A model generated the notes under the pieces. The model worked only from the letters and a program-made list of their open reading frames with translations. It ran no database searches and was not told the DNA's origin. 64,000 bases of DNA from an uncultured Actinomycetes bacterium (GTDB lineage: Bacteria > Actinomycetota > Thermoleophilia > Gaiellales > Gaiellaceae): positions 83,728 to 147,727 of the forward strand of contig CAVWJN010000019.1 of NCBI GenBank assembly GCA_963755255.1, written 5' to 3'. The first letter of the stretch is position 1; each line of letters opens with the position of its first letter. Of this stretch, positions 1 to 11,385 are shown one piece after another. Both the position numbers and the translations under genes were made by a program.

Positions 1-42
1 CAAGCGCCTCGAGCAGCTGCTCGGCCGGCCCGTTCCTTGGTA
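1..42 (+). CDS. 3' end of an unidentified CDS entering the window
   Basis: The open frame reads ...KRLEQLLGRPVPW and stops at TAG 40-42. The start lies upstream of the window and there is no identifiable domain. Confidence 0.25.
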
Positions 43-64
43 GCCCGTTTGGCACACTCAGGAC

Positions 65-531
65 GTGAGGACGGCGCTCTTCGTTACAGTGGCGCTGAGC
101 GGCTTGGCGCTCCTCGCCGGTGTCGCGAGCTCCGCGCCTGTCAGCCACCTGTGAGCCGACGCCCGAGGACGCGTTCGGGCCCTTCGGTCGGGTCACGCCG
201 CCGCTGCGCGCGAAGATCGGAACCGGTCACGTGCTGACGGGCGTCGTGTTGTCGGCACTCGACTGCAAGCCGATCCGCGGCGCACGGGTCGAGTTCTGGC
301 AGTCCAACAAACAGGGTGTCTACACACGCTCGACGAGCGGATCGGTGCGGACGAACTCCCAAGGCCGCTTCCGCTTCGAAGGGCCATATCCGTCGTCATA
401 CGAAGGCCGCCCGGGTCACATACATATCCGAGTCGTCGCCAAGTTCCACGAGGTGCTCCTCACGCGAGTACGAGCCGCACGGCGCGCGCCGCGGATCCGT
501 CCGCCTCGTGCTCAGGCCCCAGCAGGTTTAA
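65..531 (+). CDS. Secreted intradiol ring-cleavage dioxygenase-like protein (frameshifted as given)
   Basis: GTG 65 opens a signal-peptide-like N-terminus ([25 protein letters not shown]). The body is in ORF 120..602 ([44 protein letters not shown], the RPxHIH signature). The tail is in ORF 316..531. This needs about 2 frame changes, near 135 and 455. Confidence 0.55.
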
Positions 532-553
532 GACCGTCGCGCAGGCGACGACG

Positions 554-1824
<1,271 letters not shown>

Positions 1825-1854
1825 CTGAGTCTCCTTGTACCTCGGATCGTCTCT

Positions 1855-2457
1855 TTACGCCAGTGCTCGATCTAGCGATGCTGCGATGACCGAGTCGATG
1901 ATGCCGTACTCCTTCGACTCCTCGGCGGTCATGTAGTAGTCCCGGTCCATGTCCTTCGCGATTTTCTCGATGTCCTGGCCCGTGTGCTTGGACATGATCT
2001 CCTCCATTAGCCGCTTCAGGCTGATTACCTCCCTGGCCTGAATCTCGATCTCGGTCGGCTGCCCCGAGAAGCCTGCGGAGCCCTGGTGGATGAGGATCTT
2101 CGAGTGCGGCAGCGCCATGCGCTTGCCCGGCGCGCCGCCGGCGAGCACGACCGCTCCCATCGACATCGCCATGCCGACGCAGATGGTCTGCACGTCCGGC
2201 TTGATGAACTGGATCGTGTCGTAGATGGCCAGCCCGGCATAGACGATCCCGCCGGGCGAGTTGATGTAGATGGAGATGTCCTTGTCGGGGTCCTCGGACT
2301 CCAGGTGGAGCAGCTGCGCGACGATGAGGTTCGCGATCTGGTCGTCGATCGGCGTGCCGAGGAAGATGATCCGCTCGTTGAGCAGACGCGAGTAGATGTC
2401 GAAGGCGCGCTCGCCGCGCGACGTCTGCTCGATGACCATCGGAATCAAAGGACTCAT
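1855..2457 (-). CDS. clpP: ATP-dependent Clp protease proteolytic subunit ClpP
   Basis: Intact 200-aa ORF with typical ClpP sequence ([32 protein letters not shown] active-site Ser region). It lies between tig and clpX. Confidence 0.97.
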   Translation of the reverse strand: MSPLIPMVIEQTSRGERAFDIYSRLLNERIIFLGTPIDDQIANLIVAQLLHLESEDPDKDISIYINSPGGIVYAGLAIYDTIQFIKPDVQTICVGMAMSMGAVVLAGGAPGKRMALPHSKILIHQGSAGFSGQPTEIEIQAREVISLKRLMEEIMSKHTGQDIEKIAKDMDRDYYMTAEESKEYGIIDSVIAASLDRALA

Positions 2458-2466
2458 TCGGTCTCC

Positions 2467-3811
2467 TTACTCCCTGGGGCTCCCTGGGGTCCATAACGTT
2501 GTCTCTTGCGGCGTCTTCTCCTGCTCCGGCGTCCAGAGCTTCTCGCGTGCGGCGGCGAGGTCGAGCGGGATCGGCTTCACCTCGGCCGTCACGCGGTCGA
2601 GTGCCTGCCGTAGCCGGAGATCCTCGCGGATCGAGTCGCGGATCGGCGAGGCCATCACCTCGGCCACGGTCTCCTCGGACTCGCCCTGCTCACGCAGCAC
2701 GGCTTCGATCTCCTCGTCGGACACCTCGATGCCGAGCTGCTCCGCCACGGCGTCGAGCACGAGCTCTCGCGCGACGGACAGCGCGGCCTCGGCGCGCAGC
2801 TGGTCGCGCAGCTGGTCGGGCGTCTGGTTCGACGCCATGAGATAGGTCTCCGGGGAGATGCCGCGGCTCTCGAGCGTGCGCAGGAAGCCGGAGAGCAGCT
2901 CGTTCGCGCGCGAGTCGACCAGCGGGCCCGAGGGCTGAACGCCGGACGCCTGGACGAGCGTGTCCGCGGCGGCGGCGCGGAAGCCGGACTCGATCTCGGC
3001 AGAGATCTGATCCCGCAGGCGCTCCTCGATGTCGGCGCGCAGCTCGGCCAGCGTGTCGAACTCGCTGGCTGCGCGCGCGAGATCGTCGTCCGCGGGTGGC
3101 AGCACCTTCTCCTTGATCTCGTTGAGCGTGACAGTGAGCCGCGCGGTCGAGCCGTCGGCCAGCCCATGCTCGACGTCCTTCGTCTCGCCCGGCGACATGC
3201 CCGTCAGCGCGTCCTCGAGCTCGTCGACCATGCGCCCGGTACCGAGCTCGACGACCATGTCGCGGCGCGCCTCGCCGGACGGGCTGACGACGTCCACGAC
3301 GACGACGTCCCCCTCGCGGGCAGCGCGGCCCTCGACCGGCGACAGCTCGGCGATCGAGTCCCGCAGGCGCGTCGATCTCCGCGTCGACCAGCTCGCCAGG
3401 CACCTCGGCATCGGGACGCGGCACCTCGAGCGACGTCCAGTCGGGCAGCTCGACCTTGGGCTGTACGGCGACGGTGGCCGTGAAGCTGAACGGCGTCTCC
3501 GCCGACTCCGGCAGCTCGTACTCGTAATCGGGCTGCGCGATCGGATGGATGCGCGCGCTCGTGGCGGCATTCCGGAACCAGCCGCCGATGTGACTGGAGA
3601 TCGCCTCGTCCATCACCCGCTCCTTGCCGACCCGCGCGACGAGCACCTGCGTCGGCACCTTGCCCTTGCGGAAGCCGGGGATCTTGACCGACTCGGCCAG
3701 GTCGGAAGTGGCGTGCTCGACCGCGTGCTCGAGGTCGTGACGAGACACCTCGACAGAGAGGCGAACCTTGTCCTCGGGGAGCCGCTCGACCGTCGCGTCC
3801 ACGCGGGCCAT
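2467..3811 (-). CDS. tig: Trigger factor (frameshifted as given, near 3367)
   Basis: The N-terminal ribosome-binding part is in ORF 2690..3811 (KIPGFRKGKVP motif). The PPIase and C-terminal parts are in ORF 2467..3570. The tig-clpP-clpX order is the conserved arrangement. Confidence 0.9.
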
Positions 3812-3863
3812 TCAACCAGAACGCCTTTTCGTGACCGACTGCCTCCTGTGGGATGCTCACGCG

Positions 3864-5553
3864 GTGCAACGCGCGCTGAGCCGGGCCGGCGAGCGCTTTT
3901 CGACACTGGCGGATGTCTTTCGCAATCCGCAGCTGCGCCGGCTCGAGCTGTCGTGGGCGGGCTTCTACGTCGGCGAGTGGACGTACTTCGTCGCGCTGTC
4001 CGTCTACGCGTTCGAGGTCGGCGGCGCGGCAGCTCTCGGAGCGCTCGGGCTCGCGAGGATGATTCCGGCCGCGATCGCGCTGCCGTTCGGCAGCCTGCTC
4101 ACCGACCGCTACGCCCGACAGCGCGTATTGCTCGGGATCCATGCCGGCCGCGCGCTGCTGTTCGGTCGCGATGGCCGTGGCGCTGGCGGCGGAGAGCTCG
4201 CGCGTCGATCATCTTCGCTCTGGCGGCGCTGGCAGCGGTCGCCGGCGCTCCCGAGCGCCCGGCGACGCTCTCGCTCGTGCCGACACTTGCTCGGACGCCG
4301 CGGGAGCTCGTGGCGACAAACGTCTCCTCGAGCACGCTGGAAGGGCTGGGCACGCTCGTCGGCCCGGTGCTCGGCGGCGTGCTCGCGGCGACGGCAGGCG
4401 TGGAGGTCGCCGTTGCCGTCGGCCGGCAGGCGTCAGCGCCGCCTGCGCGGTGTTCGTCGCGGGAATCCGTCGTGAGGGTGAAGTCGCGGGCGCGCGACGA
4501 CGCGTCGAGCGCAACCTCACGGCACGAGCTGCTCGGAGGCGTGCACACGCTTCACACGCGAGCCCTCACCCCCGACTGATCGTGCTGCTCTTCAACGCAC
4601 AGACGATGGTCCGCGGACTGCTGAACGTATTGCTCGTCGTCGCGTCGATCGAGCTTCTCGGCATGGGCGAGGCCGGAGTCGGGTGGTTGAATGCCGCGCT
4701 CGGCGCCGGAGCGCTGGCCGGCGGGCTGGCGGCCGTCGGCCTCGTCGCTCGGCGCCGGCTGGCCGGCATCTTCGGCATCGCGCTCGTACTCTGGGGTGCG
4801 CCGATCGCGCTCGTCGGAGCCTGGCCGCGGGCCGGCTGGGCTCTCGTGTGCCTCGGCCTCGTCGGCATCGGGAACGCGCTGCTCGACGTCTCGGGCTTCA
4901 CGCTGCTCCAGCGCACGGTGGACGAGCATCTGCTCGGCCGCGTCTTCGGCGTGTTCGAGATCGGTGTCGCGCTGGCGACAGCCGTCGGCTCGGTCCTCGG
5001 CTCGATCCTCGTCGAGCAGTTCGGCATCCGTCCGGCGCTGGTGGTGTCGGGCGCGATCCTGCCCGTTCCTCGCGCTGGTCTCACTGCCCGGATTACGGCG
5101 CATCGACGAGTCCGCGGAGGTTCCCGAGCGGGAGCTCGAGCTCGTATCGGACGTGTCGCTCTTCTCACCTCTGCCGGCGACGACGCTCGAGCGGCTGGCG
5201 GCCCGGCTCGAACGCCTCGACGTCGCGCTCGGGCACGACGCTCGTCGAGACCGGCGCCGCCGGCGATCGCTTCTATCTCATCGCCAGCGGAGAGATCGAC
5301 GTCATCCAGGACGGCGCCCAGGTGAGCGACGCTCGGCAGCGGCGACTACTTCGGGGAGATCGCGCTGCTTCGCGAGGTGCCTCGCACGGCGACGTGCACG
5401 GCGCGAACCGACGCGGAGGTCTACTGCCTCGGCCGCGACGTGTTCGTCGCCGCGGTGAGCGGCGACGTGCGCACGGCTGCCGCCGCCGAGAGCGTCATGT
5501 CACGACGCATGGATGAGCTGTCAGGCGTCGGAGACCGTTCGCCAGCCGAGTAG
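3864..5553 (+). CDS. MFS transporter fused to a C-terminal cyclic-nucleotide-binding domain (multiply frameshifted as given)
   Basis: TM-rich segments are spread over ORFs 3768..4475, 3029..4579 and 4141..5325. The cNMP-binding module is spread over 4691..5458, 4683..5516 and a third frame ([13 protein letters not shown]; [19 protein letters not shown]). There are at least 5 frame changes. TAG 5551-5553 is my reading of the end. Confidence 0.6.
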
Positions 5554-6147
5554 CGCGGCGAAGCCGAGCAGCGCGACGCCCGAGACGACGTCCACCACGA
5601 CGAGCAGCCGCTCGCCGACGCGGCGGCGCGCCAGCGACAGGCCGAGCGAGAGCGCGAGAAACCAGCCGAACGTGCCGACGGCGACACCGCCCACGAGTGC
5701 GGACGCGGTGAAGCCCGAGCCGACGAGGTCGGCGGTGGACGCCGCGGTGAAGATCGCGGCCCAGGAGGCGATCGTCATCGGATTGGACGCCGTGGCGGCG
5801 AGCGACGTGAGGAACGCGCGGCGCGGCGTCGACACTTCCTCCGGGACCTCACCGCCCAGCCGAATCCGGAACGCGCTCCAGAGCGTCCGCGCTCCGAGGT
5901 ACGCGAGGAAGCCCGCGCCGATGACTCCGAAGGTGATGCGGAGAGCGTCGATCTCGAGCAGCGCGCTCGCGCCGAGCACGCCGAGCGCCGCGTAGAGCGC
6001 ATCGATCACGGCGGCGCCGGCGCCGATGGCGATGCCGATCGACGCCGTCCCGCGCAGCACCGAACGCGCGCAGAGCAGCCAGATCGGCCCCACCTGGGCG
6101 GCGACGAGGAAGCCGAGCCCGAGGCCGGCGGCGAAGGCGGATGTCAT
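5521..6147 (-). CDS. LysE/RhtB family amino-acid exporter
   Basis: The intact frame from ATG 6147 ([23 protein letters not shown]...) has about 6 TM segments and the family-typical N-terminus. The upstream part of ORF 5521..6246 is discarded because it overlaps a tRNA. Confidence 0.8.
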   Translation of the reverse strand: MTSAFAAGLGLGFLVAAQVGPIWLLCARSVLRGTASIGIAIGAGAAVIDALYAALGVLGASALLEIDALRITFGVIGAGFLAYLGARTLWSAFRIRLGGEVPEEVSTPRRAFLTSLAATASNPMTIASWAAIFTAASTADLVGSGFTASALVGGVAVGTFGWFLALSLGLSLARRRVGERLLVVVDVVSGVALLGFAALLGWRTVSDA

Positions 6148-6155
6148 GTCGGCTA

Positions 6156-6240
6156 TGCGGGCGGAGGGAGTCGAACCCCCAAGGGCTTTCGGCCCAATGG
6201 CTCCTAAAACCGTCGCGTTTACCAGTTCCGCCACGCCCGC
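6156..6240 (-). tRNA. tRNA-Leu (anticodon UAG), type II with long variable arm
   Basis: The reverse complement is GCGGGCGTGGCGGAACTGGTAAACGCGACGGTTTTAGGAGCCATTGGGCCGAAAGCCCTTGGGGGTTCGACTCCCTCCGCCCGCA. It has a 7-bp acceptor stem, a TTCGA T-loop and anticodon loop TTTAGGA. There is one C-A mismatch in the anticodon stem. Confidence 0.85.
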
Positions 6241-6289
6241 GCACAAGTCCAGGGCTACGCCGGACTCGTCGGATAGAGAGCATAAACCC

Positions 6290-6716
6290 GGCCCTCCTAC
6301 GCTCCCACTCGCCGACCTCGTAGGCCTGGCCCGGGGTGCCGCCGACGACGATCAGCGTCGTCGGCGACTCGGTGGCCTCGAACTTACGCCTGACCGGCCC
6401 TTCGACGGCGACCGCGCTGCCGGCGGGCACGTCCACCTGCTCGCCGTCGAGCGTCGCCAACGCAGCGCCGCGCTGGATGATGTACAGCTCCTGCTCGCCC
6501 GTCTCGCCGTGCTCGTGCTCGGGGATGAGGACGTTGCCGGCGTCCTTCGTCACGCGCGTTGACACCGAAGGCAGTGATGCCGAAGTGATGGCGCATCGAC
6601 TTCCAGGTCGCAGGCCAGTCCGACTTGACCGGTGGGATGTCGTCGATCGCAGCCGCCTTCCAGCCGTCCCCTCGTCGCCCACAGATACCTCCTCGTCGTA
6701 GGGTTCGGCGAAGCAT
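6290..6716 (-). CDS. Cupin domain protein (frameshifted as given, near 6555; 3' end uncertain)
   Basis: The N-terminal part is in ORF 6384..6734 (WKAAAIDDIPPVKSDW..MRHHFGITAFGVNA). The cupin core is in ORF 5849..6799 (PEHEHGETGEQELYIIQRGAA..VDVPAGSAVAV). The stop cannot be placed with confidence. Confidence 0.6.
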
Positions 6717-6740
6717 GACAGCGGAGTCACGCAAGCGCTG

Positions 6741-8190
6741 GTGCTCGTGGCGACGGTCATCGGATCGTCGATGGCGTTCCTCGACGCGTTCGTCGTCAAC
6801 GTCGCGCTGCCGACGATCGACGAGGAGCTCGGCCTGGGGCTGACCGGCGAGCAGTGGATCTTCCTCAGCTACTCGCTCGCGCTGGCAGCGCTCTACCTGC
6901 CCGCAGGCGCGCTCGGCGACCGCTACGGCTACGCGAACACGTTCGTCATCGGCGTCGCCGGCTTCGCAGCCGCCTCGGTGCTCGCCGGTGTCGCGCCGAC
7001 GAGCGAGGTGTTGATCGGAGCCCGAGCCATCCAGGGCGTGTTCGGCGCACTGCTGACGCCGGGCAGCCTGGCGCTGCTGCGCGCCACGTACGGAGACGAG
7101 GCCGGCAAGGCAATCGGCGCGTGGACGGCCTGGACCAGCGTCGCAACCGTCGCCGGGCCCGTCGTCGGCGGCGCCATCGTCGAGACCGTTTCCTGGCGCG
7201 TGATCTTCCTCCTCAACATCCCGCTCGCCATCGTGACCGTGGTCTTGACGCTCGTCTCGCGCGACACGTGCCGCACGCAGCTACGACATCGGCAGCTCGA
7301 CGTGTACGGAGCCGTGCTGGGGGCGATCGCCGTCGGCGCGCTCGTCTGGGCGCTGGTGGAGGGGCCGGAGGTCGGCTTCGGCAGCCCGACCGTCGTCGGC
7401 GGCTTCGTGCTGGCGGGCGTGGCGTTCGCGGCCTTCATCTGGGTCGAGTCGCGCGTGGCCGAGCCGATGATGCCGCTGTCGCTCTTTCGCATCCGCGAGC
7501 TCTCGGTGGCCAACCTCGCGACGTTCTTCGTCTACGCGGCGCTGGGCAGCGCCATCTTCTTCGTCGTCCTGTTCGGACAGTCGGTGCTCGGCTACTCGCC
7601 AACAGAAGCCGGCCTCATGGTCGCGCCCATCAGCATCGTGATCTGGCTGCTCGCCGGCCGCTTCGGCCGCGCGTCCGACCGTCTGGGACCGCGTCTCTTC
7701 CTCGTCGTCGGTCCCGTCCTGATCGGCGTCGGCCTGGCGCTGCTCGGCCGCCTCGACGCCGGCGCGAGCTACTGGTCGGAGGTCTTTCCGGGCCTGCTCG
7801 TCTTCTCCGATCGGGCTGGCCGCCACGGTGCCGGCCATCACCTCCACTGCGCTGAAGCCGGCTCCGGAGGGCCTGACCGGCGTCGCCTCGGGCATCAACA
7901 CGACGGTCTCCCGTCTCGGACAACTGGTGGCCGTCGCGGCGCTCGGCGTGGTCGTCTCGCTCATCTACACGGCCGACGGCAGCCCGTTCGAGCTGGGCGA
8001 CCGAACTGCCGCCGAGCTGGCGGAGGCCGCCGACGCGTTCCAGGCTGCGATGTGGGTCGCCGCCGGGCTCGCCTTCGCCGGCGCGCTCGTCAGCGGCCTG
8101 GGGCTGCCCCGGCGAGCTCGAAACGAAGCGACTGGGCTCGCTGACGGCACCGCTGAAGCGCACCCTCCCGCGTCTCCCCCCACTCGGTGA
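6741..8190 (+). CDS. MFS transporter, DHA2/EmrB-like (frameshifted as given, near 7810)
   Basis: ORF 6741..8144 is a typical 14-TM drug:H+ antiporter (MAFLDAFVVNVALPTI..; LGDRYG; RAIQGVFGALLTPGSL). The last TMs continue in ORF 7828..8190. Confidence 0.85.
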
Positions 8191-9245
8191 AGATCGCCAG
8201 CCGGTAGCTCGCCGTGTCGTTCGTGCCCTGCTCTGACAGCCTGCGCCCGGGGCGAACGAGGATTTCCAGCCCGTCCTCCGGCTCCGGCACCGCCTCCACG
8301 ACCGCGTCCTCGAACACGCGCACGACGTAGGAGATGGCGACGCCGTTCGGCTTGCGGCCGTCCCAGGCAGGATCCTCGCCGCACGCGAGCGCGAACAGCG
8401 CGTCGTAGGTCGGCCGGCCGTGCACCGCCTCCACGAGCGGCGAGAACTGCGAGGCGATGCGCGGGTTCAGCTCCACGATCTGCGCTCGGGCCGTCGTCGG
8501 GGACGAAGAACTCGATGTTGAAGAAGCATGCGTCGAGCCCGTGCGCAGGCACGAGCACGGCAGCCAGCTGCACGAGCTCGGCCAGCCGCTCCGGCGGCTA
8601 ACGCCGACGGATACTCGAAGCGCTCGAACGAGTTCGTGCCCGGGTACTTGACCGAGTCGGTGACGCCGATCACGGTCACTTCCGCCGTCGTGCACGAAGC
8701 CTTCGAGCGTGACCTCGTCTCCCGTCACGAGCTCCTCGACGAGGAAGCCACGGACGGCGTCCTCGGGCAGACCGGCGACGTCGGCGTACTCGTCTCGGTA
8801 GCTCCGGGTCCTCGGCGAGCTGGGCGAGCTCTGCCTCGGAGTCGACGCGACGTGCTTCCTGGGACAGCCTGCCCACCACCGGCTTCACCCACCACGGTGG
8901 GGGGAACGGCGGTGGCCCGTCGAGCTGAGCGAAGCGCGGCGTCGCCTCCTGCGCGACACGCTGCTGAATTGCTCTCGAGGTCGGCTTGTGCTGGCAAGAC
9001 ACGATCGCCCCGGGACTCGGCCCAGGCAGCCCGCGACGTTCGGCGAGCTGGGCGGCCAGCAGCGCAGAGCGGTCTTTCGTGCCGACGACGCCGTCGGCCG
9101 GGAGCTCCGCCAGCTCGTCGAGCAGCGCGCGCGTGTCGACGTGACCGGCATCGAGATCCGGTCCGGCGAACCGAACGTGCACGCTGCTCGAACGTGCAGC
9201 GTGAAGGTCACGTTCTTGCGGACAGATTACGAGTACGCGCGCCAC
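8090..9245 (-). CDS. ATP-grasp domain protein (multiply frameshifted as given)
   Basis: The N-terminus is in ORF 8676..9245 (MARVLVICPQ..VVGTKDRSALLAAQLAERRGLPGP). The middle is in two other frames (FLVEELVTGDEVTLEGFVHDGEVTVIGVTD..). The C-terminus is in ORF 8090..8728 (IVELNPRIASQFSPLVEAVHG). The 3' end overlaps the convergent MFS gene and is uncertain. Confidence 0.6.
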
Positions 9246-9274
9246 CGATTCTCCAATCTAGACTTCCGGACTTC

Positions 9275-10390
9275 ATGCGCGAAGCCGCCGAGGTCACGGC
9301 AGATGTGAGGGAGCGCATAGTCGTCGAGCTGGAGGCCGCGCGGGCCCGGACGACGGCTCTGCTCGCGCCGTTCTCCGACGAAGAGCTCACCCGGCAGGTG
9401 TCTCCACTCATGTCTCCGCTCGTGTGGGACCTCGCGCACATCGGGCACTTCGAAGAGCTCTGGATCAGCCGGAGACTCGGCGGCGCGAAACCGATCTTCC
9501 CCGAGGTGGACGACACCTACGACGCTTTCGCGCACGAACGCGAGGAGCGACCCTCGCTCGAGCTGCTCGACCCCACAGCCGCACGTACGTATCTCGCCGA
9601 TGTCCGCGCACTCTCGCTCGCGGTGCTCGAGGAAATCGAGCTCGACGCCGCGGACCCGCTCCTGCGGGGCGGCTTCGCCTTCGGCCTCGTCGTCCAGCAC
9701 GAGCAGCAACACGTGGAGACGATGCTGCAGACGATCCAGCTCTCCGCGCTCGGGCACGAAGGTGGACAGCCGCGAGTGCTGACGGGGGGCCTGGGAGATG
9801 CACTCGTCGAGGAGGGGTCGTTCGTGATGGGCACAAACGACGAGCCCTGGGCCTACGACAACGAGCGCCCCGCACACGAGGCCGAGACCGGCGAATTCAG
9901 GATCGAAGTCGAGCCAGTTTCGAACGGCGAATACGCCGGCTTCCTCGCCGACGGCGGCTGGGAGGAGCCGCCGCTCTCCTGGGAGCGAGACGGCGACCGA
10001 TGGGTGCGCCGTTGCTTCGGGCGCGTCGAGCCGGTGCCGCCCTCGGAGCCCGTGCAACACGTCTCCTGGGAGGAGGCCAACGCGTACGCCGGGTGGGCGG
10101 GCAAGCGGCTGCCGACGGAAGCCGAGTGGGAGCGGGCGGCCAAGCTCGGCTTGCTGCGCGGCGTGGGTTCGGTCTGGGAGTGGACGTCGTCGGACTTCGC
10201 CGGCTACCCGGGCTTCCAGCCGTTCCCGTACGCCGAGTACTCCGAGGTGTTCTTCGGCCCCGACTACAAGGTGCTGCGCGGCGCGTCCTGGGCCACGAGC
10301 CCGACCGTGTCGCGCGTGACGTTCCGCAACTGGGACTTTCCCATTCGCCGGCAGATCTTCGCCGGCTTCCGCTGCGCGGGTGACGTTTGA
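9275..10390 (+). CDS. egtB: Ergothioneine biosynthesis sulfoxide synthase EgtB (DinB-like plus FGE-sulfatase domains)
   Basis: From ATG 9275, inside ORF 8528..10390. The DinB-type metal-site histidines are present (DLAHIGHFEE, VVQHEQQHVE). The C-terminal FGE-like domain is present (WEEANAYAGWAGKRLPTEAEWERAA, RGASWAT). The frame is intact. Confidence 0.88.
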   Translation: MREAAEVTADVRERIVVELEAARARTTALLAPFSDEELTRQVSPLMSPLVWDLAHIGHFEELWISRRLGGAKPIFPEVDDTYDAFAHEREERPSLELLDPTAARTYLADVRALSLAVLEEIELDAADPLLRGGFAFGLVVQHEQQHVETMLQTIQLSALGHEGGQPRVLTGGLGDALVEEGSFVMGTNDEPWAYDNERPAHEAETGEFRIEVEPVSNGEYAGFLADGGWEEPPLSWERDGDRWVRRCFGRVEPVPPSEPVQHVSWEEANAYAGWAGKRLPTEAEWERAAKLGLLRGVGSVWEWTSSDFAGYPGFQPFPYAEYSEVFFGPDYKVLRGASWATSPTVSRVTFRNWDFPIRRQIFAGFRCAGDV

Positions 10391-11385
10391 GCGACGGCGC
10401 TCCCTCCGTCACGCTGCAGGTCGACGTCTATCTCACTCCGGAGGACCGCCTCAACGCGATGCGCGAAGACGTGCAAACAGGGCTCACATCGACACCGAAG
10501 GAGCTGCCGCCCAAGTGGTTCTACGACGAGCGAGGCTCGATGCTCTTCGAGGAGATCACCAAGCTGCCCGAGTACTACCTCACCGGACGCGAGCGCATCG
10601 TCCTCGCCGAGCATGCCCGCGACGTGGCACGGCTGACGGCAGCGAACACGCTCGTCGAGCCCGGCTCGGGATCATCCGAGAAGACGCGGCTCCTGCTCGA
10701 TGCGATGGTCGAAGCCGGGTACCTGAAGCGCTTCGTACCCTTCGACGTCTCCGAGCAGGCGCTGCGGGAGGCCGCGGCGAGGATCGCCGAGGAGTACCCG
10801 GACATCGAGGTGCACGGGGTCGTGGGCGACTTCGAGCACCACCTCGTCTGGCTGCCGGAGGGACGGCGGCGGCTGTTCGCGTTCCTCGGCTCCTCCGTCG
10901 GCAACCTCACCGGCGAGCAGCGGGCGACGTTCCTCGCCGACCTGCACGGGCTGCTCGGGGCCGGCGAAGCGCTCTTGCTCGGCGCCGACCTCGTCAAGAA
11001 CCCGGCGCGGCTCGAGGCCGCATACAACGACTCACGCGGTGTCACGGCGGAGTTCAACCGCAACGTGCTGAACGTGATCAACCGCGAGTTGGGCGGGGAC
11101 TTCGATCCGACGTCGTTCACACACGTCGCGCGCTGGGACGCCGAGCACGAGTGGATCGAGATGCTCCTCCGCTCCGATGTCGATCAGCGGATGCGTATCT
11201 CGGACCTCGACCTCGAGGTGGAGTTCGCCGCCGGCGAGGAGATGCGCACCGAGATCTCGGACAAGTTCCGTCGTGAGGGCCTGGAGGGAGAGCTACGCGA
11301 CGCCGGCTTCGATCTTGCCCACTGGTGGGAGGACCCCGACGGAGACTTCGCCGTCTCGCTGGCGTTCTCGGCGGCGGGGCGGTGA
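10387..11385 (+). CDS. egtD: L-histidine N-alpha-methyltransferase EgtD
   Basis: Intact 332-aa ORF with full-length EgtD character (PKWFYDERGSMLFEEITKLPEYY, EPGSGSSEKTR, FLGSSVGN). The TTG start overlaps the egtB stop (GTTTGA). Confidence 0.9.
   Translation: MSDGAPSVTLQVDVYLTPEDRLNAMREDVQTGLTSTPKELPPKWFYDERGSMLFEEITKLPEYYLTGRERIVLAEHARDVARLTAANTLVEPGSGSSEKTRLLLDAMVEAGYLKRFVPFDVSEQALREAAARIAEEYPDIEVHGVVGDFEHHLVWLPEGRRRLFAFLGSSVGNLTGEQRATFLADLHGLLGAGEALLLGADLVKNPARLEAAYNDSRGVTAEFNRNVLNVINRELGGDFDPTSFTHVARWDAEHEWIEMLLRSDVDQRMRISDLDLEVEFAAGEEMRTEISDKFRREGLEGELRDAGFDLAHWWEDPDGDFAVSLAFSAAGR

Noticed and set aside
460-553. A C-terminal ~30-aa extension of ClpX overlapping the convergent dioxygenase-like gene.
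   Set aside because: The extension is low complexity. A neighbouring frame gives an acidic ..[11 protein letters not shown] ending and TAG at 554-556, which removes the overlap.
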